Assembly (NCBI RefSeq): GCF_964204645.1
Contig: NC_134031.1
Location: 4,402,001 to 4,466,000 of the forward strand
DNA from: Tubulanus polymorphus
Taxonomy: Eukaryota > Animalia > Nemertea
Reading direction: 5' to 3'
Length of the DNA stretch: 64,000 nucleotides
Position numbers and translations under genes: made by a program. The notes beneath the pieces were generated by a model, which was not told the origin of the DNA, ran no database searches, and worked only from the letters and a program-made list of their open reading frames with translations. Position 1 is the stretch's first letter. Every line of letters starts with the position of its first letter. This document shows, piece after piece, positions 38,501 to 49,400 of this stretch.

Positions 38501-41500
38501 GAGGCAAGCCTCAAATGATGCGAATCTGAAACTGTCTTGAGCTCAACAGAAAAATGAAACATTTAGTTTTTTCTGTGGATCTTCAATAATTGTTTGAACC
38601 GTCTAATTGGCTAATATATTGAAATCGGTGAGAATATATCTATGAGAAGAAACTTGTGCGGTTTAAATGAATATATTTTTGACACCGTTACAATAATGTT
38701 TACATACATTGATACCTAGTATGCTTGAGGTTCTGTGTGAGTCGATGTGCACTAACTACGTCATCAATATTGACATTTCAAGATAACAATTACAAATTGT
38801 GAATTGGTGTTTATTTTGTGATCAAATACATTCAAAACTCTTTATTTGATTTTTTTAAATAAATTTCAATAATCATTTTCGAGAGGATGTGCACTAGATC
38901 AGTATATATCGGGCTAGACTGGTTGTGTGTCATTTTTCAAGGCATCGATTAACTTTCAAGTTAAGTTTTTTGTTAATAATTCGAACTCAATTATATACAA
39001 ATAATGAATAATATCTTTAATAGGCTAACAAGAAAAAAACTTGTACAGTTTCAACGAATACATTTCAAGTCAGTTTTCAATAACCAAAATTACAGGGGCA
39101 CTAAGTTTGAATGGGCATTATGCTGTCAACCTGTAAATGAAAGTTTCAAATTTGCCTGCAAAAAAAAATAACTTAAGTAGCTTTCGAATTCTTCTTCAGA
39201 GTCCACAATTAGCCCTAAGATACAAATTCTAGGTTCAATCAATAAATGGAAATGTTGTTTTTGTAAGCTTTCAGACACTTCCGGCCTGAAATCGCATATC
39301 GCAGAAGGCTTCACGAGTGATTAGGTGTTATCAAAGCAATAAATTCCACTATCTCAATCACCATAAATGGCGACAAAATCGTTTTCTATCGCCGAACAGA
39401 ATCTGCCCTGTACTCGGTTGAACCCGCGCGCACGAGTTCTCGTACCTAGACAACGTAATAAAAAGACACCCATAAACATGTCTTTATTATCATTCCAATT
39501 AAACCAACGGATAATAGGTCTTGTCTATGATGTATTAATTCAACGTTGTTGAAGCCGAGATTATTCACTATGCAGCATGCAGTCGACACAATGAAAAACC
39601 ATATATTCCTTCTAGGAAAAAAAAAACCAACTTTTCACAGTTTTGAAATCGCCAGTTTATGATATTAACACGCAACATGCTGCGGGGGACTGCATAAGGC
39701 ATGCGCATATATTCAAAGAAATGTAAGTTAATCATAGATTGAAAACTAACACGCAATATAAGCCAATCTGCGGGCGACATGCATTGCTAAAAACGGATAC
39801 TGGATAAAATAATGAAGCATCTAAAAGTAGAGAAATTGCTGGTAGATCTAATATACAACAACAACCGTTTATTGTGACAATCATCTGATCTTGGAAATAG
39901 CTCACAAGGCATTTCTCCAGTTAGTTCACTCACACGCCGCGCCTAACTTTCTCAAAGTACATTGACCTATCTTGTCGATAGATTATAGATTATGCGTCCG
40001 CGAGTAAGTTTAGTCTCAAGCGTTTCAAGGTACTCGTGACCCTAACAACGGCGGAGCTCCCGCAACTCGGTCAGTAAATGGATCAAACAAATAAGCCAAC
40101 CGACCAGCCGAGCATTCAATAGTAATCAGTGTGCGCTTATGTATATGTACATACAAGAAAAACACGTCTAAAGGAAACCCCAGAGCATTGACTGGTCAGA
40201 TAGGTAATTGCTTTTGATAAAACCTCGGCACCATTTAGCATTACTTGAGAACTTCTAGCTTGTACCAAGCCTGTAGAAATTTATAACTTCAAACGATGTT
40301 TGGATGGGAAATTCAATGGAAAATGTTCCGCCGCTAGTAGCGCCTAGACTTCTGAATCTACAACTTAGAACTGCGCGATAATGTAGACAAAATCAATGTT
40401 TCTATTGTTGTCGTAGAAATCTCACAAAGTTCTGGCCTAAAAAAAAACCAATGCGGTTTCTACACCAGCACAGGCGGATGACGGCCTTAATAGTCTACTG
40501 TCGACATGGCTGCCATAATAATAAATCTATTTCATAATACAACTCGTTCTGGAACCGTGCCAGAATTCGTCGATTTTTTCTTTTTTATTATCAACCAGAC
40601 AGAAACTGATTCTAAGAAATAATCGATCACAACAACATCGCCGGCCTGACGCGTTTAGAACGACATTCAGCGAGAAACGCTTGAAACTCGTCTTTCATTA
40701 CTCTATCCGCGTATAGTTCATTGCAAAATACAAAATTCGATATACGCCTGTGATGTAAGTTTTTTTGACAGTTAAGTTTTGGATTTAATTGGTCGGCATA
40801 ATATTCTCCTTTCACACGGAATAACATTTGTCTTTTCTTCAAATGAATAGGGCCCAGGGTTTACGCGTTGAAGGCAACCGATCAGAAATGGATTTCAGGC
40901 TCAATAACATCGCTACGCCTGAACCCTCTGAAACAGCTGAACAAATTCTTAATAGCCCGCCCGCAAAAATGTCTACATAACCAATTTATACATGTTTGTT
41001 AATCATATATCCTATTTAAAGTTCTAGGTCCTATAAAGTATTAATTTTTAATTCGTGCTGGCAAACCATGTCAATATTTACGGAGAACAAATAGAGTCAG
41101 TCTGCAGCTGTCTGTCTCCGCAGTACTTAACTATTCTGTTTGAACAACCTTTTTCCCAGAAAACGATTGTCTCTGTCTGTAAAGCGGGCCAGGCCTGCAA
41201 GTTTTTGCTGACGATGCCCCATCTAGAAAACAAAATTCCCCTAGAAGGTATACGTGTGTACTTACTAGACATTCTGCTGATCGATTTTTAGTTAGGCCCT
41301 AAGTTTTCTCCAATGTTATCCCAATTCTTACGTAGGCTAGTTAAATTTGGTTTACAATTCCCAAAACACCAACACCAATGTAGCCTAAAGCACTGTTTCT
41401 GCTATTCCCCCCCCCCCCCCCAGTCAATATATTAAGGCCTGTATTAGCAGTAGAGTATGCCTGAAATACATCGGAACAATGTTGAATTGATCGATGGGTA

Positions 41501-43721
41501 ACAATCAGTGCGCAGCCATGGCTCGGAAGACCAGGGAGACCATCCTAAAGTTCTAGAATGCCAGCCAATCAAATAGTCTTGACCCAAAACCAGCAGATTT
41601 AAGCCCAGCTTTGGACTCAGGTCACAAAACTATCGACTTAACGACCGATCTGCGATCAGTTTTAACGATCTTAAGTACACCCATGTTGCCAGAATTAATA
41701 ATAATAAGAATATAATATGTGTCTTATATAGCGCTAAATCCAGCCAGGCTGCTCAGAGCGCTTTACATTTTTCGATAATATTACCCTGGCCAATTTTATA
41801 CTCTAACATGTAGGCCTATATCAGTCATCTCTCCCTGGGGAGAAGTAACACCGAGCTGCTAACAAACGCTCAGGAGTCATCTATCAGGCCAGGTACCCAT
41901 TTACTCAAGGGTGGAGAGAGGCAATGAGGATAAGAATCTTGCCCGAAGACACTACGGCAATGTACGGGGTTCGAACCCACGACCTGGCTTCCCAGAGCAG
42001 AACGATCTAACCACTCGGCCACACCGCTCCAAGAATTCACAGATTAAAAAGTCAGCGACTGGTTATTGATCCTTGTGCGACCCGAGGCTTCAGTCATATC
42101 AGTAGGGCAAAGGCTTGTCTCGCAGATATAGTAACCTAACCATGTCAAGCTCGATTCATACATATCTAATGAGTACACTTCTCGGTAGGCCCTTTACAAG
42201 ATCCTCCATTAAGCCTTATGTTAGAAGGCCTATATCCCGCATTTAAATTCAGTAGGCCTATCCCAGTTTACCCAGTTTGAGTTTCTAATCATGAAATCAT
42301 TCATAAGAAAGAATTAAAACATTACATCGAATGGTGAAATTGAAAATTTCTTGTATCCTGTCAAACTTGTGTTCGATATTTTTGGATATCCTTCAATACA
42401 GTTTCAAATGGATTAAAAAATGATGATTTAGGTTGACTGCCTGTCCTTTCTGGTCCTAATAAGACCTTTAGGTATGTACTACCAAAAATGAGCGAGCTAC
42501 GCCACCCGGAATGCTCTCAAGTCAGGTTGAAATAGACATTAGTTAGAAAGCTAGTAGGACTGACATTTGAGTTTCTTCGATGATGGGTTTTAGAAGCAAC
42601 CCTGAAACTGTCAGATAATTAACTTTTCTATGTATCTACTGTGGGCTTTTATTTGTTATCTAGTGCCCCATGATACGGATACCTGGATGCTGCCGAAATC
42701 GAATCCAGCAAAGTGACCCAGCAAATAGATAACCTGATCAGAGAATACAAGTCTGAAATGCCAGGCTCGTCTATGACATGCCTACCTTCAATTTTCTCTT
42801 GAATTTTCGACTGGGGTCGAATTTCGATTTGACCTTCTCCAGCGCTTCTTGTACGCGCGGGTTCGCGTCGCCTTCATCGTCGTCGTCGGCGAGCAGTAAA
42901 TAATATCTCCAATTCTGCGAATCGAAACCCCAATGACACGTGCGATTCTCCTGCGACTTGTGCGAATGGCACACGAACTTGCGCGGCGAGAACATCCCCC
43001 GACACTGGGTACACTGAATGCATTTCGCGTCGTCCGTTTCGTACAGGTCCGGATTCATCAAACCCTTACATTTACCGAAACATTCGTGGTACACTTTGAA
43101 ACTGTTGTGAGACGACGGAGGGTCGAGGTTTTTCTCTGGGTCCCGGTGTGGGTGTATCAACGCGTTGCACAAACGCTGCGCGTCGGTTTTGGTTATGAGC
43201 CCGCAGCTGGGCGCCGACAGGGGTAAGACGCCGGTATGCTTCAAAGTTTCTAACTGGTCCGGGTTGCAGCGCGAACAAAATATGTGAAGTTCGTCGCACA
43301 CGGCGTTTATCTGCTGTAAACTATAATCCCGTAAAACTGTGTTCAAAATCTGTGGCAGGCAAAGTCGTTTTTCACCGCCTACGACGAAACAGGCGATGTT
43401 TGGCTCAGTCTCCAGTTCGGTCGACGACTTTTCGCTCCGGGAATTGTCCATCGGAATCAGCAACGGCATCTGCTGAATCGGGAACGGCGGAACGACGTCG
43501 TACGCCGCCGATTCCAACGTTTTGAACTCGGACCCGTGCTTTTTGGCTAAAGCCAGGGCCTTGCGGTACTCTTCCAGTTCGATTTGGCTCAGCTTGCCCT
43601 GTTCGCCCCAAGCGGCTACGTAGTTGCTCGGGCCGCTCAAACTTCGCATCGCGGCGGTTTGGAAACTCTTCAGCACGCGCTGTAAGTGAGGGTTGAACGC
43701 CGGAGGCGGCATTTGGTCCAT
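32205..43721 (-). CDS. SKI: Ski/Sno family Smad co-repressor, 5 exons, 551 aa
   Basis: Exons 43721-42786, 34945-34725, 34158-34028, 33100-32898, 32369-32205 (1656 nt, in frame, GT-AG). N-terminal R-Smad-binding motif (PHLQRVLKSF..AAMRSLSGP), Dachshund-homology domain (IACFVVGGEKRLCLPQILN..CGLITKTDAQRLC), SAND-like SMAD4-binding domain (VYHECFGKCKG..RTCHWGFDSQNWR), C-terminal coiled coil. Exons 2-5 are less certain than exon 1. Confidence 0.93.
32506..32567. repeat. (TA)n microsatellite in Ski intron 4
   Basis: Direct inspection. Confidence 0.95.
35061..35370. mobile_element. MITE with internal GGGCCAAATTTGGC palindromic subrepeats, in Ski intron 1
   Basis: TIRs AGCCGCGATCACA / TGTGATCGCGGCT; second copy at 26111; TSD not resolved. 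Confidence 0.8.
37478..37596. mobile_element. Small foldback MITE
   Basis: TIR GCTGGCTTATGTC / GACATAAGCCGGC and internal hairpin CGGCAACTGGT..ACCAGTTGCCG. Confidence 0.6.
41697..42030 (-). mobile_element. tRNA-derived SINE with CORE-like central domain and L2-type 3' tail
   Basis: Minus strand shows an A box TGGCCGAGTGG and B box GGTTCGAACCC, then GTGTCTTCGGGCAAG..TGCCTCTCTCCACCC..GTAAATGGGTACC. Tail GTAAAGCGCT..AGCGCTATATAAG..(TTA)n. Candidate TSD AGAATT at 41691-41696 and 42032-42037. Confidence 0.85.
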
Positions 43722-43829
43722 CTTGTCGAGAGTTTAATCCGGTAAAATATCGAAAAACGTACTAAAACTTACTCGTCTCGTAGAGCTCACATGTGTGTGT
43801 GTATAGCGCTTCTGATACTACGTACAAAA

Positions 43830-43960
43830 TGTCTGACTGACGGACGTGCGCGTCGAGTAGAGCCGGAGACGACTCTCATTTGCATAAATATGTCGCTCTT
43901 GTTTCGTTCTCCCTCCGCAAAATGTAATTATGCTGTCTAGACACTGCTCGGCGCGTACAC
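43830..43960 (-). promoter_or_regulatory. Putative Ski proximal promoter with Smad-binding palindrome and octamer
   Basis: GTCTAGAC at 43935-43942, GGCGC at 43950-43954, ATTTGCAT at 43878-43885, Inr-like TCAGT near 43836-43840 on the minus strand; 110-230 bp upstream of the Ski ATG. Confidence 0.5.
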
Positions 43961-45731
43961 GACGCCGATATATTGATCAGGGGTCTCACCGATAAAATAG
44001 TCAGAAACGAAGACCGGTTAGGCCTACATTATAAGAACGATAAGGAATCAGGCTCCTCATAGGCCTAACTGGTTTAGAAAAGCTCCTGGAAGCTGAAAAT
44101 TGTATCTGAGAATCATATTGTTGATTGTTATCTAATCAATTAAAACAATGTTTATAATTCGCTGTTCCGTTTTCCTCCACCCACGGCAATCAGAACGTCT
44201 AGCATACCCGGTCGGTATCATAATACGTCTAGCGCAATAATTTGTTTTGATTCCGCGAATCGTATTTTTAGGCGACCGGTGGGTCGGTTGAACTCTCGCA
44301 AATCTTGACAACGGTCTTAGAAAAATAATGATGACGTACGGTAAACGACCTCACAATATACAGCCTACCACAATATAGTTTATGAATTACTCGGAAAATC
44401 CCCCCCCCCCCCCGATTCAAATAATTGTGAGATTTAAAGAAAATTGAAACGTGGCATTTTTATAGATTTTTTTCAATGAGAATTACATAATCCAGCAGTC
44501 GTACGGTACGTGGACAGGAAACATGTCATGAAAATTGAAAAAATATGGTACTAATTATTATAAGATTAATATTTTCTTTTTTTGGATTCCAATGCTTTCT
44601 GTTCCGGACTGCGGGGCCTTGTAAAAAATGCTATCAGTGACAAATTGATATTTTTTTAGTAACGTTTCATTGAAATATCATAAAAGAAAATGTTCAAATT
44701 AGACCCTCGGTATAACATCTTTCATAATCCTGTATAAACAAATCAAATATCAGTTTCCCGTTATAAAAGAAACAGTTTCATACGCCTTAGCCATAGGTAA
44801 GTTCTTTGTTATTTGAGAAGGAAAAAACCAAGGAGCAGTGATCATGCATCTATCACGAAAATTGTCCATTTTTGATATACGGTACTGTGAAACCCGCGCG
44901 TATCGGACAAAAAACTGTTCAAATCTGGTTGCTACAGCAACACCATATCCATCAGATTCAGCACTTTTACCAAGAATTCTCTCTTGCGAGTGGCGTGATC
45001 AATGGATGAAAAAAAAAAAACTAAAAACAGAAAGCAAGGACACACACGTGTTTTGTTTTTACAACCACGTTTGAACTTGTAATCAATTGTGAATTAAATT
45101 AGATTCAAAGTCCTAACTATAGTTAGAGAACTCTGCATGTTTTTACAGAAAACAAAAATTCTGATATCAATTCCAAATTTTTGGACCGGAGTAACTGAAC
45201 CGATTTAGTCTCGTTACATCAGCAGCACCACCAACCAGCACACGTACAGAAAAAATACTGCATTCGCCATGTTGATACTCTAGATGAACCGATCGAGAAA
45301 CAGAACGCGTGACACTCCTGTCGTAAAAACTGTTTTCGTACTGCCACTCGAGTTAAGGATAAAATTGGAACTTCAGTTGCGTATGTTGACGCTATGAATT
45401 TGCATGTTGTCAGCTGTGTCAAATAATTTTTCAAGTGGGTGGGGCGTTTTGAGGTCCCAGTCATACGGCGGTATCCTCGTAAAATACGTCTAACCTTGAA
45501 CTGCGATTCACCTGCACATGTCCTTTTTGTCGTATCTTCCAGACGGGGTGGGGTTCACCTATTGATTAGTTCTCCATACGATTGAAGAAACGTAATTAAT
45601 CAAAAGCTACGCTCGGATTTCGAATGAGGACATAATTTAACACATTACTAAAAATTTAAAACGAAATCTATTTTTCAGATCAAAAATAAAAAGAATTGAT
45701 GGCCATCGCGAATAACTGCAAAAACTAATGT

Positions 45732-45815
45732 TGTCAGAAGTGGGATTCGAACCCACGCCTAGAGAACTAGACTGCGACCTGAACGCAGCGCCTTAGACCG
45801 CTCGGCCATCCTGAC
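45732..45815 (-). tRNA. tRNA-Leu, anticodon CAG
   Basis: GTCAGGATGGCCGAGCGGTCTAAGGCGCTGCGTTCAGGTCGCAGTCTAGTTCTCTAGGCGTGGGTTCGAATCCCACTTCTGACA: full cloverleaf with long variable arm. T5 Pol III terminator at 45724-45720. Confidence 0.97.
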
Positions 45816-46497
45816 AGCTGATAAACAGGAGCGAATTACAATTACATATGGCGTATATATTTCATATCGGACGACCACGATAACATAAAAGTTAAAAAAC
45901 CAACAGAACAGAATAAACATAGGAATACGAAAGAATATTTTCAGCGTAATGAGGTTCGATCCTATATAGTGCACCTTGTAACACTACGACAGAGAGCGCT
46001 TGCTTTTACATACTGCCGCTTGCAGATGGTGGCAGCACCCACTGGGATCGCAGTAGCGGTCATACACAACGGAGAACAAAACAAAAAGTCTTTAAAAAGA
46101 TTTTCCATTTTTATTAAAACAAAAATAATTAAGCTGTGACATAAATAAGAAAAATGCAACTACGTACACAAACATTCATAACGCGAAACCCTTATTCGGT
46201 TACCCTTTTTAAGATTATATAAGTTTAAGATCCACCCAAATTCTGCTTCAAACTCAACTCGTGTTCGAACTGCCTGCGGTATGAAATCAATCAATCAATC
46301 ACCCCAGAGAATTTCAAACACAGCCGACATACCCATAGTTAGCTAAAAATCTTTTAACATTTCTAAATTTAGGATAACATAATTCCATAAAATTGAATTT
46401 TGTCTTGGCTCATTTGTTTATAAATGTCTGAACTTAGTTATTTGCTTTAATCTGGCATTCTGCCACAGATTTCGCCTTCTTTTCACTGTGGTAGATC

Positions 46498-49400
46498 TCA
46501 CTTTGACATGTTTTCCTCAACCTGCAAAAATAAATATATAATGTATAATGATTTATCTACTTATGATATGTACAATATCATAAACATAATTTCTTAAGAT
46601 ATAATTTCATAAATGTACAACATTATAAACATAGTTTCTTAAGATATAATTTCATGAATCAATAAGGACAATCCCAAGCCCTAGGGGCTGTATCTGGTAA
46701 GGCTCAATGGTGAAACGTTAGGGGCTGAATACATGAATTAGAGGCCCAGGGACAAGCCGACAAAGGAAAACAAGATTTACCGACATGATTCCACCAAACA
46801 AAGCACTCGCTAATTCATTCCTCTCTTTTTGCTCTCTGTTTTGATGGCTTCTCTAAAGGAGAAAGAACAGTATGAAATAAAAAATACCACTCCATCCATG
46901 TCTTCAAATCTTTTCTAAAATTCTTGATGAATACCTGAGGGCTGGAAGTTTCGGAACCAACAGGACTAGTGTAAACTTCCAAGGCGACATCCTTGATTCC
47001 ATCTTTGCTCCAGACTCTTTTAATTCCGGTCATCTTTAAAACTGGCTCACTGTCAATTAATGAGAAAATTAGTGGTGATGCCTTCATTCCAAAATTCAAT
47101 CATAATATACAGTAAACCTCGCCCTACTCGGACACGGCCAACTCAGACTTTTAACTAACTGGGACAAAAACCAAATCATTTTTCTTATTTCCTATAAAGA
47201 ATTTTCCTGTCCTTAACTCGGTGTTAAGTCACAGTTTGTCCAAGTAAGGGCGAGTTTTACTGTTCAACAATAAATAGTATGCCAGATTTCTCTAACCTAT
47301 TATCTAAGTATGTGTTTCTATCACTGGATCCTCCTGAACTAGTCAATGACATTGGTTTATTTGTCGATTTTCCGGAGTTACTCGCGTGCATCGGGCTGTC
47401 ATAAGCCTTTAGATTCAAATCGGAGAAAGGAGAAGACATTCCTGCATTTCAAGAATATGATTTTATTTACAAGAACTGATTGATGCTCATTTTGAAGCAG
47501 ACCATCTACTGACATTACTTTACCTTTCTTTGCCGGAGATGATACTCTGCAATTTCGTGGTAAATACGCTTTAGCACCATTCTCTAATTTATCACACACA
47601 TATCCATCCATAAATGACAGAGTGCTATCAACCTGTAATACAATGTCAACATACTTTTCACTACTTAATTTCATTGAAAATGATAAAATCTATTTGACAA
47701 TAAACATCGAATAATTCAACAGATCATTCAATCACTCAGTCTTACCTCTGCCACATTTACTTCCATTGTTACAACTCTTTGTAGTAATGCTGTGTTCTTT
47801 GTCAGCGTAATTATTTCATCAATTCTCTACAAAAAAAATATGTAGTCAGTCATTTTAGTGGGTCAAAATTGATGAATCCTTTAGCAGGGTCCCAACAGAT
47901 CAGTAATTCCTGGATACACAAGAGTTTTCAAGGAGTTCTAATTTCCTATTTCTCAAAATTGAAGGAATTTTGGGGATTTTTTTCATATGTAAGGAGTTTC
48001 AAGCACCTTTGAAGGCAGTTTCTACTTAGAAGGGGTTTTTAATGAATCGAGGAGTCGTAGGGACCTAAAAATTTAAGTTTTAAATTTTCGCCTAAGAGAT
48101 TTTTTTGAGTATTTTATAGATCTGTATTAGAAATTCAGCTATGCTAGACACACTGTATAAACTGTAATAGACATCATGAGAGTCAGTTGCTCAGGAATGG
48201 CACCCAACCTGAATGAGTTCTGCGTCTTCCGAAGTACAAGTATTCAATCGACGCATGACTTGTAAATTGATGCCGTTCGCTCCAGATCTGCCGATTATTT
48301 TTGTCATGGCTGTCAGTATAATATGACGCGTGCATGCGCTTAGTTTATTATTCAGATACAAATGTTCCAAGTGGGCTAACACCTCCGAGGCTGGCAGCGA
48401 TGAAACGTGATGCTGATATTCTCCGAGGATCTAAAAGAGAAAAGATATTTCAAAACTGACGTAAAGTTCAAACTGTTCAAAGTTCATACCATGGAGATAC
48501 TAACCCATACTGCAATCTGAAATATTTCATCAGGCTGATTGGCTTCATTTTTGAGACAGTGCCAGTAAACTTGTAAAACTGATTCTCTCATTTCACTATT
48601 TTCATTAAGGTGATCTGTTCACAAAAAACAAACTAGGTTTATTGACTTTCAAATCGGTAATAAATCTTTCCGTATTGGATACCAATCATTCAAAATTGAA
48701 GAGCTTTTAGCAAACCAGTTAATAACAAGGAGCCTAGGGACACTATGCCCAATTGGACTCTTGTTTAACAGCCAATTATCTCAGCATGCTGATATCTTTT
48801 GAAAAATAGCAAACTCAATAGCCAGGATACTCACATTTTAAAGCCCTCATAATTGTGTTAACAGCATTATGTGTTACATGTTGAGAGGCTTTCACCACTA
48901 GAGCATTTACTATTTCAACATACCATAATATATCAATACAGAATGTTTAAAAATCATTAAGGATAAAAATTTGTGAGTATGTTCTCAGAAATTAGAGTGA
49001 TGAATAACAATAATTATTGATCAGGGGGGATTCCGGGGTCTTTGGAATCCGCCTCTTTTCTTTTTCTTTTTAGACTGCTATTTCAAATCATGCCGAGAAG
49101 AATCAGTAGTAACCCCTACATCACTGAATTCTACATTTCATTGGTTAAATGCAGGAAAATCTATCTGTAGGCTTCTATTTTGTGTAGCCCCCCAAAATAA
49201 TTCCCACGGCATTTGTTACATAATAGCTGAATAACTTGGAATCCCCCTGTCTAATCCTGGATCCGCTGCTGTTTATGGCACATTTTAACACATATTTTAT
49301 GGATATTTATCATTGTAAAGGATATTTCTTTGTGAGTAGTAGTATTTTCGAGACGAGATCGGATCTGATATATTTATCAGAAGTAGTTGAGATATTGTCC

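Noticed and set aside
39168-39204. Minus-strand CTGAAGA-AGAATTC-GAAAGCTACTTA hammerhead-like string
   Set aside because: Stem II is only 1 bp and stems I and III are marginal; indistinguishable from chance.
42933-43611. Overlapping alternative-frame and antisense ORFs within Ski exon 1
   Set aside because: Expected by-products of GC-rich coding sequence.
45341-45360. U12 branch-site consensus TCCTTAAC on the minus strand
   Set aside because: No matching U12 donor upstream, and the following sequence does not encode an adaptin ear.
46486-46500. Stop-codon readthrough or selenocysteine at the AP4E1 TGA
   Set aside because: Another TGA follows after four codons and no SECIS was evident.
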